From Octopus sinensis (Eukaryota), in contig NC_043007.1 of the NCBI RefSeq assembly GCF_006345805.1, positions 1,550,001 through 1,614,000 of the forward strand: a stretch of 64,000 nt of DNA. The letters are read 5' to 3'. The position numbers were made by a program, and so were the translations under genes. This document shows, piece after piece, positions 24,901 through 38,569 of this stretch. The notes below the pieces were generated by a model. The model was given only the letters and a program-made list of their open reading frames with translations. It was not told the origin of the DNA and did no database searches. Every line of letters starts with the position of its first letter. The first letter of the stretch is position 1.

Positions 24901-26448
24901 GAGCTTTTCAGCACCCCTTATATTATCTTACTTCAAAACAGATGAGGATTGGCAGTTTTCTCAATGTAGTATCGAGACTGGAAAATCAAATATCTTCAGA
25001 AAACCTAAAGAATATAAATGTGATGTGTTTCGTGAGCAGCATGAAAGGTATTTTAGTCACCCAAAATACTATTGAAATTCTTTCAACATAAAAATTTGTA
25101 ATTGATTTTATAGGCAGAGGGATGGCTGTGTGGTAAGAAGTTTGCTTCTCAAATACATTGTCCTAGGTTCAGCCCCACTGCATGGCACCTTGGGCAAGCA
25201 ACTTCTTTTATAGCTCCAGGCTTACCGAAGCCTCAGGAATGGATTGGTTAGATGGAAACTGAAAGAAGTCTATTGTGTGTGTGTGTGTGCATGTGTTTGT
25301 GTCCGGCCCTAACCACTGCTTGACAACCAGTGCTGGTTTGGTTATGTCCACCTCTCATCGTAACCTAGCTGTTTGGAACAATGGACCAGTAGAATAAATA
25401 GCAAGCCTTTAAAGCCAAATAAAAGTCCTGGACTCAATTAGTTCAGCAAGACCTTTTGAAGCAGTGCTCAAGCATGGCCACAGTCCAGTGACTGAAGCAA
25501 ATGAAAAGATAAAGATTAGTGTCTTAATTGGTGACCAGGTATTGAAACTAAAGACAATTTCATCGTAAAACAAGTCATGTTAGCCATCATAAAAGTACAA
25601 AAACTTTTGCGCTCATTTTGTTTATTTCTTAATAGTTTCATACTCTATAAAATGCTGTAAAGTTTCGTCACATCTCAGCTATTTAATTGCTAATAGGATT
25701 TCATCTGCATCTGTTGAAAGTCAGTTTATTGGAAAGTTTTTATGAGTCTCCGGAGATTTCTGTTGTCTCTATTTTTGTTTCCTTTTTTTTGTTCTCATTG
25801 TTCTTCACTTTTACCGTTTCTTAATTATGTTCTTCGTTCAACATGGGAGTGGTTAATATCTTTTGCATGTTGCTTTGACATAGAAACTATTTCTTTTGTA
25901 ATGCTGTAACCATTTTATTTTCCATTTGTGTGTCAGAGATCTTTCTGTAAATTTAAAAAAAATTTTTGTTTTCAACTTTTGACTTTCGAGATTTGTTACA
26001 CCTTTTAAATTTAAGTTTCTTTATTTCCATTATTTTTATTTTTACTTCATTCCTTGCATTCCCTTTTTTTTCCCCAAAAAAAAAAAAAATTTGTCATTTC
26101 ACTTATTTTCTAAATTGCATTTAAATCGGGGTTTCCATTCTACAGTATTCCAGCTGGTATGAGTACATGACTGACATGGAGTTGAACTCTTTGACTAAAT
26201 TGATATTTATCTTCTGAAGGTGTGAATATACTACTGAACAGCATGACACAATGTTTTACCATGGATACAGCATTAGCATTTTAAAATTAATTCTTTTTTC
26301 TTCTTTTTTCTGGGTGTGTTTAGAGATAATAACAATCTACAGTAGTTTGATAAAATCCTTTCTTTTTCTCACTTTTGTCACCTTTTATGTATTTCTCAGA
26401 AAATCACTACTTTTGTTCCATATAATTTGAGAAATAACGAAGAAATAT

Positions 26449-26612
26449 TGGTGTAGGAGCGGCTGTGTGGTAAGTAGCTTGCTTACCAACCACATGGTTC
26501 CAGGTTCAGTTCCACTGCGTGGCACCTTGGGCAAATGTCTTCTACTGTAGCCTCGGGCCGACCAAAGCCTTGTGAGTGGATTTGGTAGACGGAAACTGAA
26601 AGAAGCCCATCG

Positions 26613-26650
<38 letters not shown>

Positions 26651-26880
26651 TTTGTGTGTGTATATGTTTGTGTGTCTGTGTTTGTCCCCCAAACATCGCT
26701 TGACAACCAATGCTGGTGTGTTTACATCCCACTGACTTAGCGGTTCGGTAAAAGAGACTGATAGAATAAGTACTAGGCTTACAAAGAATAAGTCCTGGGG
26801 TTGATTTGCTCGACTAAAAGGCGGTGCTCCAGCATGGCCACAGTCACATGACTGAAACAAGTAAAAAGAGTAAAAAGAGT
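26449..26880 (+). mobile_element. SINE family A (tRNA-like head, internal (TA)/(TG) microsatellite), representative copy
   Basis: GGCTGTGTGGTAAGTAGC (A-box-like)...GGTTCAGTTCC (B-box-like)...GCTCCAGCATGGCCRCAGTC...GAAACAAGTAAAA. Other copies at ~5255-5855(-), 5880-6255(-), 9798-10212(+), 10975-11448(-), 17800-18188(-), 20870-21297(-), 22775-23145(+), 25112-25512(+), 30077-30450(+), 33065-33628(-), 39796-40160(+), 43254-43680(+), 53355-53725(+). Confidence 0.9.
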
Positions 26881-29127
26881 AATTCTATAAAAATAAGTAA
26901 TTTTAAAGTGTTTTGAACATAAATTTATATGAAATTTTTATGCGAGGTTCAAATTTAGATAACCTTAATAGAGAAAGTTTGTTGTGTAGAACCAGGAATG
27001 GTGTCCGACAGGTTGGTATCAAAAAGCAATAAAATGTACAACCACGCAATTGTTATTTATTTTCCTTTTCTGTTATTTAGATAAACGAATGTTGATTAAT
27101 AATTATCTGTTAATACGGCGGCAAACTGGTAGAAATGTTAGCGTGCCAGGCGAAATGCTTAATGGTATTTCGTCTGTCTTTACATTATAAGGCAATGAGC
27201 TGGCAGAATCGTTAGCACGCCAGGCAAAATGCTTAGTGGTATTTCATCTGCCGCTACATTCTGAGTTCAAATTCAAAGGTCGACTTTGCCATTTATCCTT
27301 TCGGGGTCGATTAAATAAGTACCAGTTACACACTGGGGTCGATGTAATCGACTTAGTCCCTTTGTCTAGCCCCTTGTGGGCAATAAAGGATTAAATAATT
27401 ATCTGTTAATAGTTATTAGTGGAATTGTTAGAGCATTAAACAAAAATTGCCTTATGATATTTGTTCCACCTCTTTACATTCCAAGTTCAAATCACACTGG
27501 GGCCAACTTTACCTTTTCTCCTCCTGCTTTGAAGTATGATAAAATAAATTACCAGTTAAGTTCTGAGGTTGAGGTAATCACCTGACACCTTCTTCTCTAA
27601 ATTTGCTGGCTTTGTGTCTAAATCAGAAACAACTTTTAGTTTCTATTTTATTTAGCTGCATAACAAGAATATGAAGGCAAAACGAAAATTAATATAGCAA
27701 AGAAATGAAAATGAAACGTGGGCACTCACTTTTCATTTGCTATCTGCTTCATTTTTTACATTTACACAAAACACTCTTTAAAAATGTAAGCACGTATATA
27801 CAATAATTTTATATGTGTAAAAAAAAAATGTTATCTGCTTTGAGAAAGTAATTTTTCTCATGCAGTAAAAATACTTTTGTTCTTCTATAAACACACACAC
27901 ACACACGTATGCATCTCTCTTATGAATAAGGCTATCTTCCTGTCGCAATTCGGCTACAAATTTGCACTGTCTGTTATATTCAGATATAAAGAATTCTTTA
28001 ATAGAAATTGGATTTGCATTCATCAATTCATGTTGAATGGCAAACTTGAGTCCTCCTCTGTTTTTATCACATAAAGAAAAATACATTTAAGCATCAAACC
28101 ATTTTCTTGTTTTGGGTATTCTTCATTCTCTTTTGTATACTACTAAAATTTCAATATTTTCCCAAGAACATAACAGAAGTTTATATTTTAGTTTTAAATT
28201 CTTCTAAACAATACTTCTGGATAAGCCAGTATTAGAGATATTTTTATATTTTCTTTTACAAAGTAAAATATACCATGTGTTTATTTAAAAGAAACTATTT
28301 TCTTCTTTTTCCATTTTTTTTTCCCCATTTTTTTTTGTTTTTCTGTACTGTTTACAAATCTCCAAATTCCAAGCCATTTTTTTCTTAAAAGTTCAGTATT
28401 TCAGTTATAATATTTTCTGAAATATATTTTCCTCGGCCTACTATTTTTATCTTTTTTTCTATTGCTATGTTTGCACGCATCAGTGACTTCAATCCCCCCC
28501 TTTTTTTTATCTAATTTCTTGATACGAAGCTACAATGTCTTCCAACATATTCAGCTTCGTTGTATCACCTTATTTTCATTTCACTTGCTTTATGTCGTTA
28601 TTTTTTTTATGTTACTTTTTTCTTTAAACAAATTACAAAAAATAAAAAATAAAATAAGCACATAAATAAATAAATACATAAAAAAATCAATCAAATGCAA
28701 TTTTTATTTTAAGAACTGAGAAAAACTTACTATATGTTTTTAAAAATGTTATCATTAAATAATCTTTATTTTTTTTTATACATCTTCTGATTTTTGTAAC
28801 ATCCTCTGAATATTTTTATCTTGATGACTTTTTTTATCTTTTCATAATGCTTAAGAAAAAGCTTGGTGAAACTATTGTGAGAATCTCCCCACCACCACCA
28901 CCACCACCACCACCATCACCACCACTGCCATCATCATCATCAACATCATCATTGTTTTTATCTGTTTAATTGGTTTGTTTTTCCCTATGCATTTGATTGG
29001 AGAATTCTGCGATGCTGCTACTTTCCGTTTGACATTGTAGGCAGTGTAGTTACAATGCTTGCTTTGTTGCGATGTGGTTTCAAGTTCAGTCCTCCTGCAT
29101 GGAATCTTGACCCTTCATGTGCGTGTA

Positions 29128-29129
<2 letters not shown>

Positions 29130-29197
<68 letters not shown>

Positions 29198-29227
29198 CAT
29201 ATATATATATACATATATATATATATA

Positions 29228-29324
<97 letters not shown>

Positions 29325-29339
29325 CATATATATATATAC

Positions 29340-29370
<31 letters not shown>

Positions 29371-29790
29371 CATATATATATCTACATATATATATATATA
29401 CATATATATATATACATATATATATACATATATATATACATACATATATATACATATATATACATACATATATATACATATATATATACACATACATATA
29501 TATATACACATATATATATATATACATATATATATATACATACATATATATATATACATATATATATATACATATATACATATACATATATACATATACA
29601 TACATATATATACATATATATACATATATATATATATACATATATATATATACATACATATATATACATATATATATATACATATATATATACACATATA
29701 TATATACATACATATATATATATATATACATACATATATATATATACATATACATATATATATATATACATATATATATGTGTGTGTGTG
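29130..29790. repeat. Long compound (AT)n/(ACAT)n microsatellite
   Basis: Seen directly. Similar tracts at 3145-3260, 3400-3700, 4130-4535, 16445-16790, 34810-35260, 37630-37970, 40880-41260, 58130-58700 and 62965-63300. Confidence 0.95.
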
Positions 29791-29860
29791 GAGGCGCAAT
29801 AGTCCAATGGTTAGGGCAGTGGACTTGCAGCAATATTTGATGGCCTGGTTAGTCACGGTG

Positions 29861-29906
<46 letters not shown>

Positions 29907-30242
29907 ATATTCTGAGCAGGATAAAAGTGCAAAGAGGGTCATAAATTTACTTTTTCTTTGCTACACATGGAGTGTTTCATGTTGGACCCCAACCATTGAA
30001 ACTAGGTATTAAATATAACTTGATTTCAAACACCAGCAAAAGTCTCCTAACAAAACTTTTGCCCTTTTACACAAACAGGCACAGCTACGGCTGTGTGGTA
30101 AGTAGCTTGCTTACCAATCACATGGTTCCGGGTTCAGTCCCACTGCGTTGCACCTTCTGCAAGTGTCTTCTACTATAGCCTCGGGCTGACCAAAGCCTTG
30201 TGATTGAATTTGGTAGATGGAAACTGAAAGAAACCCGTCGTA

Positions 30243-30300
<58 letters not shown>

Positions 30301-30627
30301 CATATACATGTGTATGTGTGTGTAAATGTTTGTGTGTCTGTGTTTGTCCCCCAACATCGCTTGACAACCAATGGTGGTGTATTTACGTCCCTGCAACTTA
30401 GCGATTTGGCAAAAGTGACCAATAGAATAAGTACTAGGCTTATAAAGAATAAGAAATATTCCCTATAAGCTCCTGTTTTATGAATTTTTATTTTTTTATT
30501 TCTCAATGCACGAGCTTGCAGTAGCATCTTGTGTTGGATATCTTTGCAACAGATTTGAGGATGAAGAAGAAATTCTGAATTTTAAACTCTTCATCAAATT
30601 TAATTATTTTTTTAGATTTATTACCAA

Positions 30628-30993
30628 ACTAGCAGTATTGCCCGGCGTTGCTCGGGTTTGTTTCAACCCTTTAGAATTGGAATTTTTGAAAAGTAAAAAT
30701 TTGGCATTATGTAGCTTGTTATTCTCTTTAAGTGAACTTTTTTTCTGGTTGAAATACACCGAAAAATGGCGACACAGCAGTCAAAAAGTCGTAAAAAATA
30801 GGGATTTTCTTAGAAGGAAAGCACATTTTTGATGTAGATAATTTTGGGTGTTAACATGGTCCAATTTGAATTTTTTTCTTCTATGGAATGAAGAACAAGC
30901 CTTCTTCTATCATACTCTCAATTTTGAGGAGATAGTGTTAGTTGAAGGCTACTAAACCTGCCATACACAGACAACTTCAGCTTTATATATAGA
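30628..30993 (+). mobile_element. Non-autonomous Helitron/Helentron-like element
   Basis: Starts ACTAG plus subterminal hairpin CCCGGCGTTGCTCGGG and ends TATATATAG. Inverted copies end at 47007 and 51271. Confidence 0.6.
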
Positions 30994-31841
30994 GTGATAG
31001 CTTGTGAAACATTCATTCTAAATCCTGTAGAACATTACAAAAATACCCTTTTCCGAGTCAACATCAGCAAAGTATTTTCTCAATGTATTTTCGTGTACGA
31101 AGCATTCCTCTTAATTTTTACGTATCACTGTTATTTCTGCTTTTCGTTTCCTGTCTTTCCAAACCTTGCCGTATTTAGATATCTGGAATTCTTCAGCTAA
31201 AGGGAATTCTAAATGTATGAGTTATTACAAGAATAACTAAATCATTTATCATGTTTTTGCACTTTTTCTCATTTCTTCCCCAATATGTGCCCAATTTTAT
31301 TGCAGTTTCTCTGCCTATCTTAGATATTACCCCCCCCCCTGTTTACTTGGTATTGTGCTCCTCTGAGACAATATTTTTTTCCTGTGCATTGACGTACAGC
31401 AGAAGAGTACAGTTTGACTGTAGATTTGATATCAACCATCACAATCGGTGAAGAAAAGCTGTTTTATCTCATCTTTATTTCCAGATAAAAAGACATACTT
31501 CTTGTTTGTTTTAGGCAAACACGCACACACACACTCACACATGCACACACACACATACACAGGGGGGAAGAGAGAAAGATGTACCTGTGCATGCACATAA
31601 CACAAGCTCCATCGAGGTAGCAAGAGGACGATGGTGGTTGTGACAGTGGTGTCGATGATGAGGAAGATGATGATGATGATCATGATGATTAAGAGGAAAT
31701 GGCTGTGGAGAAAAACAAGTTATGGCTGATTTCTGTTGAACATTTGTCATCATCGCCAACCTCCACCTCCTCCTCCTCATCACCGTCATAATCACCATCA
31801 CCACCTTAATCATCACCATCATCACCATCATCATCACCACC

Positions 31842-31875
<34 letters not shown>

Positions 31876-31888
31876 TCACCACCATCAT

Positions 31889-31920
<32 letters not shown>

Positions 31921-32399
31921 CATGCTTTTGCTTTCTTCTTCTTCTTCTTCTGATGTTGGCATGTCTTGTTTGATTTCCAAAGTCCCCATTAAGGACCTCC
32001 TTAATCTTTTTCGCTGTTTTTCATTTCGTCTGGGAACTCAGTAATTTCATTATAAACTTCTTCTTCCCCGTCTGCCTCCCCAAACCTTTCCTGCTCCGTC
32101 CTCATCTCACTCACCTTCCATCATCAATCCACGATACCTTTATATATTTCCATCTGGTTCCTAGTGTCTACGGTGACATCCATTACGGTGGGTGGGGCGG
32201 GGGTAGCTACAATAAATCTTCCCGGCCACATCAGCCAATATCTCAGATGCTGGATCCCTCCCCCCCCCCGTTATATCTGGCTGCGATTTACCATTTAATC
32301 TAAATGAATATTGTTTGTGCGTGTAGGAGTTAATTCTTCCAAAATAGCTTCAAGTCCAGAAAACTAGTTGCAACGCAGAAAGCTTGGAAAATAAGGATA

Positions 32400-32740
32400 C
32401 TTTCTCTCTCTCTCTCTCTCTCTCTCTCCCTGTCTCTCTCTCTCTTTCATTTTGACTCTCCCTGTGTCTTTTCACACACTCTCTTTCCCCCTCTCACTTT
32501 CTCTTTCATTTTACCCTTTCCTGTATCTTTCACACACTCTTTCTCTTCTTCTCTCTCTTATTCACTTTGCCTCTCCCTGTGTCTTTTCACACACTCTCTT
32601 TCTCTCCATCTCTCTTTCTCTCCCCCTCTCTCTTTCTCTCCCCCTCTCTCTTTCTCTCCCCTCTCTCTTTCTCTCCCCTCTCTCTCTTTCCCATTGTCTC
32701 TCCCTGTGTCTTTAATCCACCCCCATCTCTCTCCCTCCCA
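32400..32740. repeat. Polypyrimidine (CT)-rich tract with 18-bp subrepeats
   Basis: CTCTCTTTCTCTCCCCCT repeated. Confidence 0.9.
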
Positions 32741-33251
32741 AAACACACACACACAATATTACAGAATGTATCAGGGTATTTTTGCTCCACTCCATTCAAA
32801 TGTTGATGTTCTTCTTTTCTTCTTGACTAATATTAATTAGGAAAATAAATAATTAAAAAAAACAAGCATCAACTGACTTAATTGAGATACACTTCTTATC
32901 TATTCTTACCACAAAAGCTCAAAGAATCTAGTTCCAAGATATTGTTCCAAAAAATCCAATGTTTTTGTTTCCATCGAACGTTCTTTTCATTCTCCGCTTG
33001 TGAAATTCTATCTCTTAAAAAAGTGACATCTCCTCCGCCCCTCCGAAATTATTGCTGTCGTCTTTATTCTTTTACTTGTTGCTGTCATTTGACTGGGGCC
33101 ATGCTGGGGCACCACCTTTTAATCAAAGATATTGATCCCTGAGCTTATTCTTTGTAAGCCTGCCACTTATTCTGTCGGTCTCTCCTGCCAAACTGCTAGA
33201 ATATGGGGACGTTAACACACCAACATCGGTTATCAAGTGATGGTGGGGTAA

Positions 33252-33293
<42 letters not shown>

Positions 33294-34174
33294 AAACTTA
33301 TAAACAAGGGCAAAAGAAAAAAATTTAAATGCCCTTTCTTTTGCCCTTCTTTATAAGTTGTTTATAAATTTAACCTTTAAAGGTATTTTTTTAATATGCT
33401 GGCCGTTGATAAAATTTTTTCGAAAATTTTATCCTATATTAGATATATATATATATATATATATATATATGACAGGGTTCTTTCAGTTTCCATCAACCAA
33501 ATCCACTCACATGACTTTGGTCGGCCTGAGGCTATAGTAGACGACTCTTCCCCAAGGTGCTGTGCAGTGGGACTGAACCTGGAACCATGTGGTTGGGAAG
33601 CAAGGTTCTTACCACACAGCCACTCCTGTCTGTTATTTAAGTCTACAAAACTAATATTTTAAACTTCATTTTTTTCCCTTTTTCTGTCTTATATTTTGTC
33701 ATTAGTTCTATCTTTGGTAAAATAATGAGTTTAGATTTCACCTGAATCAACTATGGAACACTATACAGCATAGGGTAGGACATGCAAGTACATACATACC
33801 TGACTGTTCCAGTAAATTGTTGGTATCATTAATAGATATTTATGAGATTTTTAACAAGTATGTATGACCATATCAACATTCTGGCAGTACGAGCATCAAT
33901 TAGTATGTGTTAAGTTGGCACTTAACATCTCGCAGAAAAATTTAGCACATTTCAACTTTTGATTCTGCTAAATATATTTTAAAGAGTCAACTTTTAAATG
34001 GTTTTTGGGCAACTAACTGTATGTTTAACTAAAATTAATCACCACGTGCATCTTTTTTTTGTTTTATTTATTCTCTAACCAAAATGATATAATAATTTGT
34101 ATCGCCTGTTCCGTCTATTCCCATGTGCACTCACGTGCACAGACACACGTATACATACACCTATATACAGAATT

Positions 34175-34486
34175 GTGGAGGCACAATGGCCCAGTGGTTA
34201 GGGCAGCGGACTCGCAGTTGTAGGATCACGGTTTCAATTCCCAGACCGGGCGTTGTGAGTATTTATTGAGCGAAAACACCTAAAGCTCCACGAGGCTCCG
34301 GCAAGGGGTGGTGGCGATCCCTGCTGTACTCTTTTGCCGTAACTTTCTCTCAACTCTTTCTTCTGTTGGCCTGCTCACTTACCCAGCGGGGTGGCGTCAT
34401 TTGAAGGCTAAAACAATGTGAAGTGCATTGTGACCAGCGATGTGTAGCAACATTTGATAGCCTGGTCGGTCACGGTGATCATGGTG
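34175..34486 (+). mobile_element. SINE C-related copy with TSD
   Basis: tRNA-like head. 13-bp TSD ATATACAGAATTG at 34163-34175 and 34487-34499. Confidence 0.85.
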
Positions 34487-35013
34487 ATATACAGAATTGG
34501 TGTTCATGGTGTTAGTAATAGTAAAAATTCTTTTGATAAAGGTGAACAAACTTTACGTTGTTCAAATAATTACAGTTTTATTTCATCCTCTGGTTTAATG
34601 CCCTCCTCACCAGGTTTGCATGCATCAGTCGGAATTTGTTGAGGCCAGATGCCTTTCCTGTCACCAACACTCACCTGTTTCCGAAACAGGGTACTATTCC
34701 CCCACCGAGACTGGATATGGTTTCATGAAAGGACAGGAAACAACGGCACTGTTTGTAGGATGTTGATGTTAATTTATAAGCCACACACATAACCCATGCA
34801 CACACATAACCCATGCACACACACACACACATACTAATGCATACACACGTATATATTTATCTATATCTATATATACTCTCACACACACACATATATACCT
34901 CTCTCTATATATATTTATGTATATATGTATGTATAGACACAAACACTCACACATATACATACACACATATATATATATATTTATGTATAAGGGACCAAAG
35001 TGCATGGTCACCG

Positions 35014-35067
<54 letters not shown>

Positions 35068-35662
35068 GTATGTGTGTGTGTGTATATATATATACATACA
35101 TACATATATACATATATACGCACACACACACACACTAATATATCAATACACACACACACATTTATGTATATATATATATGTATGTGTATGTTTGTATATA
35201 TATATATATACACGCATGCACACGCACTCTAATATATCAATACACACGCATGCACGCACATTTATCCGACAGTTTTCTTTGAGCCTCTCTCTAGCAAATC
35301 CACTCACATGGCTCTGGTCAACCAGGACCAGAGTAGAAGACACTGACCCAAAGTGCTGCACAATGGGACTGAACCTGGAACCATGTTGGATTGGAACTTG
35401 CACTATTGGCATAAATTCTGAGGTTGAACACAGATGATGAGACTAACCCCAGCACTTGACTGCTTCTCATCTACCTTGTTAGGATAAAGTGCAAAATAGC
35501 CCACAGGGGTGTTTGCATTCAGAATGTAGAGAAATCTAAGAAAAAGCCTGCTTTGTATTCTTGTCCACTGATTTTGCTAAACAATGTAATGATTGGGTTT
35601 AATTCATTTTCCTTTGTGCAACAGATGCATTGTTCATAAGATGTTTCCTTATATTTTTACAG

Positions 35663-35750
35663 GTACCTTGATGATGTTGCGTTACACCATCTCATTGATG
35701 CCTTATGCAAACTCTCTTCTGAATCAATGGAATTAGCTTATTCAAACAGG
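35663..35750 (+). CDS. MON2: Internal coding exon of MON2 (Golgi/endosome trafficking, Sec7-related ARF-GEF-like protein)
   Basis: Acceptor atatttttacAG and donor AGG|gtaagt. 88 bp (phase 2 in, phase 0 out) translates to [29 protein letters not shown], matching my recollection of vertebrate MON2 [31 protein letters not shown]. Flanking exons were not found in the window. Confidence 0.9.
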
Positions 35751-35804
35751 GTAAGTACACCACTTCCTAGTTCATAAACTAATGGTACATATATATATAT
35801 ATAT

Positions 35805-36238
35805 ATGCTGGTAGCATGTAAAAAAAATCAACCTTTGAACATTGGGCCTGATGGAGGCAAAGTAGCTGAGTTCCTTTCAAGCGTTGGGCCTCATGGAGGC
35901 AAAGTGACCATGTTCCTTTTGAGTTTTGGGCCTCACAGAGGCAATGGCCAAGATCTTTGGCTTTATGTTGTGCTTGAGAAGAAGACATATCAAGCCGAGC
36001 AGAATCACAGTCATGGCCGATACCAATGTCATGAAAATGGCACCCGTGCTGGTGGCATGTAAAAGCACCAACTACATTCTTGGAGTGGTTTTTGTGAGGA
36101 AAGGCATCCAGCTGTACAAAACCATTCCAAATTAGACTGGAGCCCGGTGCAGCCTTCCAGCTTACCAACCCCACTCAAACTGACCAACCCATGCTAGTAT
36201 GGATATGGATGTTAAATGATGATGATGATGATGATGAT
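35805..36238 (+). mobile_element. RTE-family 3' end immediately downstream of the MON2 exon
   Basis: Three short tandem copies of the TTGGGCCTCA(T/C)GGAGGCAA-like segment, CCCATGCTAG...GTTAAATGATGATG tail. Confidence 0.7.
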
Positions 36239-36494
36239 TATCATATAAATATATATACATAAATAGAAGATTCAAAAACTGCACATGTGAGTGACAAAGG
36301 AACACATAGATAATGCACACACAAGACACGGTTAAGCTCTCTCCTTATCAGTTATAAACCAAACATCATAACAACTTCACCTCTTATAGTTGGGCAATGA
36401 TGCACCTGTTTCAGTTTAATATATGTCATCAGCTTAGCATGATATCTACTCAGGTCTGTTTTGATCATCGTCATCATCGTTACCACCGTTGTTG

Positions 36495-37145
36495 TAGTGT
36501 GTCCATTTTCCATGCTTGTGTGGGTTGGATGGTTTGACTGAGGACTAGCAAGCCAGAAGGCTGCACCAGGCTCCAGTCTGATTTGGCAAGGTTTCTACAG
36601 CTGGATGCCCTTCCTAACACCAACCACTCCAAGAGTGTAGTGGGTGCTACCACCTAACAGGAGCCAGTTAGGCGGTACTGCCATCAATCATGTTCAGATG
36701 GTGCTTTTTATGTGCCACCAACATAAGAGCCAATCAGGGGCACTGGTATCAATCACGTTCAAATGGTGCTTTTTATGTGCCACCAGCACAAAGAGCCAGT
36801 CAAGTGGCACTGGCATCGACCAACATTTGAATGGTGCTTATTACGTTCCACCATCATGGGTGCCAGTCAGGTGGCACTGTAATCGACCATGACTGTGATT
36901 TCACCTGACTCAACAGGTCTCCTCAAGGACAGCATATCACTTGACAATTCAAGGGTACCTTTAAATGGTACACTTTAAATGTTACACTGCGACACTGGCA
37001 TCGGCCACGTCTGCAATCTCACTTTACTTGCCGAGTCTTCTCAATCACAACATATCTCCAAAAGTCTTGGTCTCTTGTCATTGCCTCTGTGAGGCCCAAC
37101 GTTCGAAGGTCATGCTTCACCATGTCATCCCGTGTCTTTCTGGGT
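36495..37145 (-). mobile_element. RTE-type LINE 3' end with repetitive 3' UTR and (ATG)n tail
   Basis: PRKTRDDMVKHDLRTLGLTEAMTRDQDFWRY, then GGTGGCACATAAAAAGCACC repeats. Same-family 3' ends at ~7150-7330, 19400-19590, 35805-36240, 39035-39400, 45000-45210, 47497-47650, 48385-48655, 58960-59390, 62340-62710 and 63955-64000. Confidence 0.8.
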
Positions 37146-37648
37146 TTGTAACAAATATTTCTATATACTGAAAAAATGATGAATGATTTTTTGGCTGATA
37201 TAAGTTTTAATATCACATTTTGTTTTGCTTAGATTTGCTGTTTCATTAAACATATATTCTTGTTATTCTAAAAGGAATTTACTTCTTACCAAATGTTATT
37301 GAACTTGGTTACACATATCTTGGTTTCTCACTTCCAAAAATTACAAGTCACCAGAGTGTGTTTATTAAATTTGAAATTCTTTTATTGCTCTGCTTATGTC
37401 TATAAAACTCTCTGTTAATGTCCATTGTGGGGAAATAAATTTGCTCCTGAACATAATATCAGATGTGAAGTCAGTGCAAAGACGTTTTATGAAACACCTC
37501 ATACACATACACATACACACACACATGCATACACACACACACCCACACATGCATACACATGCACACCACGTATATGCATGTGTGTATGTGTGTATACATA
37601 TAGGAAATTTCCATATTATACTTTATATATAATATATCTATATATATC

Positions 37649-37688
<40 letters not shown>

Positions 37689-37821
37689 GTGTGTGTGTTG
37701 ATGTGTCTGTGTGTGTATATATATATGTGTGTGTGTATATATATGTGTGTATATATATATGTGTATATATATGTATATATATGTGTGTATATATATGTGT
37801 GTATATATATATATGTATATA

Positions 37822-37864
<43 letters not shown>

Positions 37865-37924
37865 GTGTGTGTATATATATATGTGTGTATATATATGTAT
37901 ATATATATGTGTGTGTGTATATAT

Positions 37925-37956
<32 letters not shown>

Positions 37957-38569
37957 GTATGTATGTACATATATCAAATTTGCACATTATACTTTATATA
38001 TTGGATATTTCTTAGATTAGCATCATGTGTAAAATTATTGAATCTTTTATTGTTGGTGAGAATTCTGTCCCACTTGATCTTTGGTTGGATTTTCTTTTTT
38101 GTGAACACTGCATCAATACATTACCACTTTACCTGCACAAAAGTAACTACTTATAGGTACCGAGCAGATATCTATACATCTGCATCTATCTCTGTTCAAC
38201 CATTCAAATGCATTAGTATTTGGTCAGGTTGCCTGTTTTTGAATAGAAAATTCTTCACAGAACAGTGATTAATCTGATGAACTATTTGAAGTTATCTTTG
38301 GAATGGAAAATGATTTATTACGATTAACTGGATTTTATAGGCTTGAAATACCATTTAAAAAAAATATATTTTGTTATAGAAAGACTGAATAACTCATCTT
38401 TATCACCATTTTACATCTACTTTCCCATGCCTCAATGGGTTTGACAGATTTTCTGAGGTAGTATTTTTATGGCCTGTTGCTAATCCTTTGTTGTATGTAT
38501 TCTAAAATTGGGTTACACTCAGTAAGATAGTAAGGTTAGAGAATTAAAATAATATTTATTTACAGTTAT

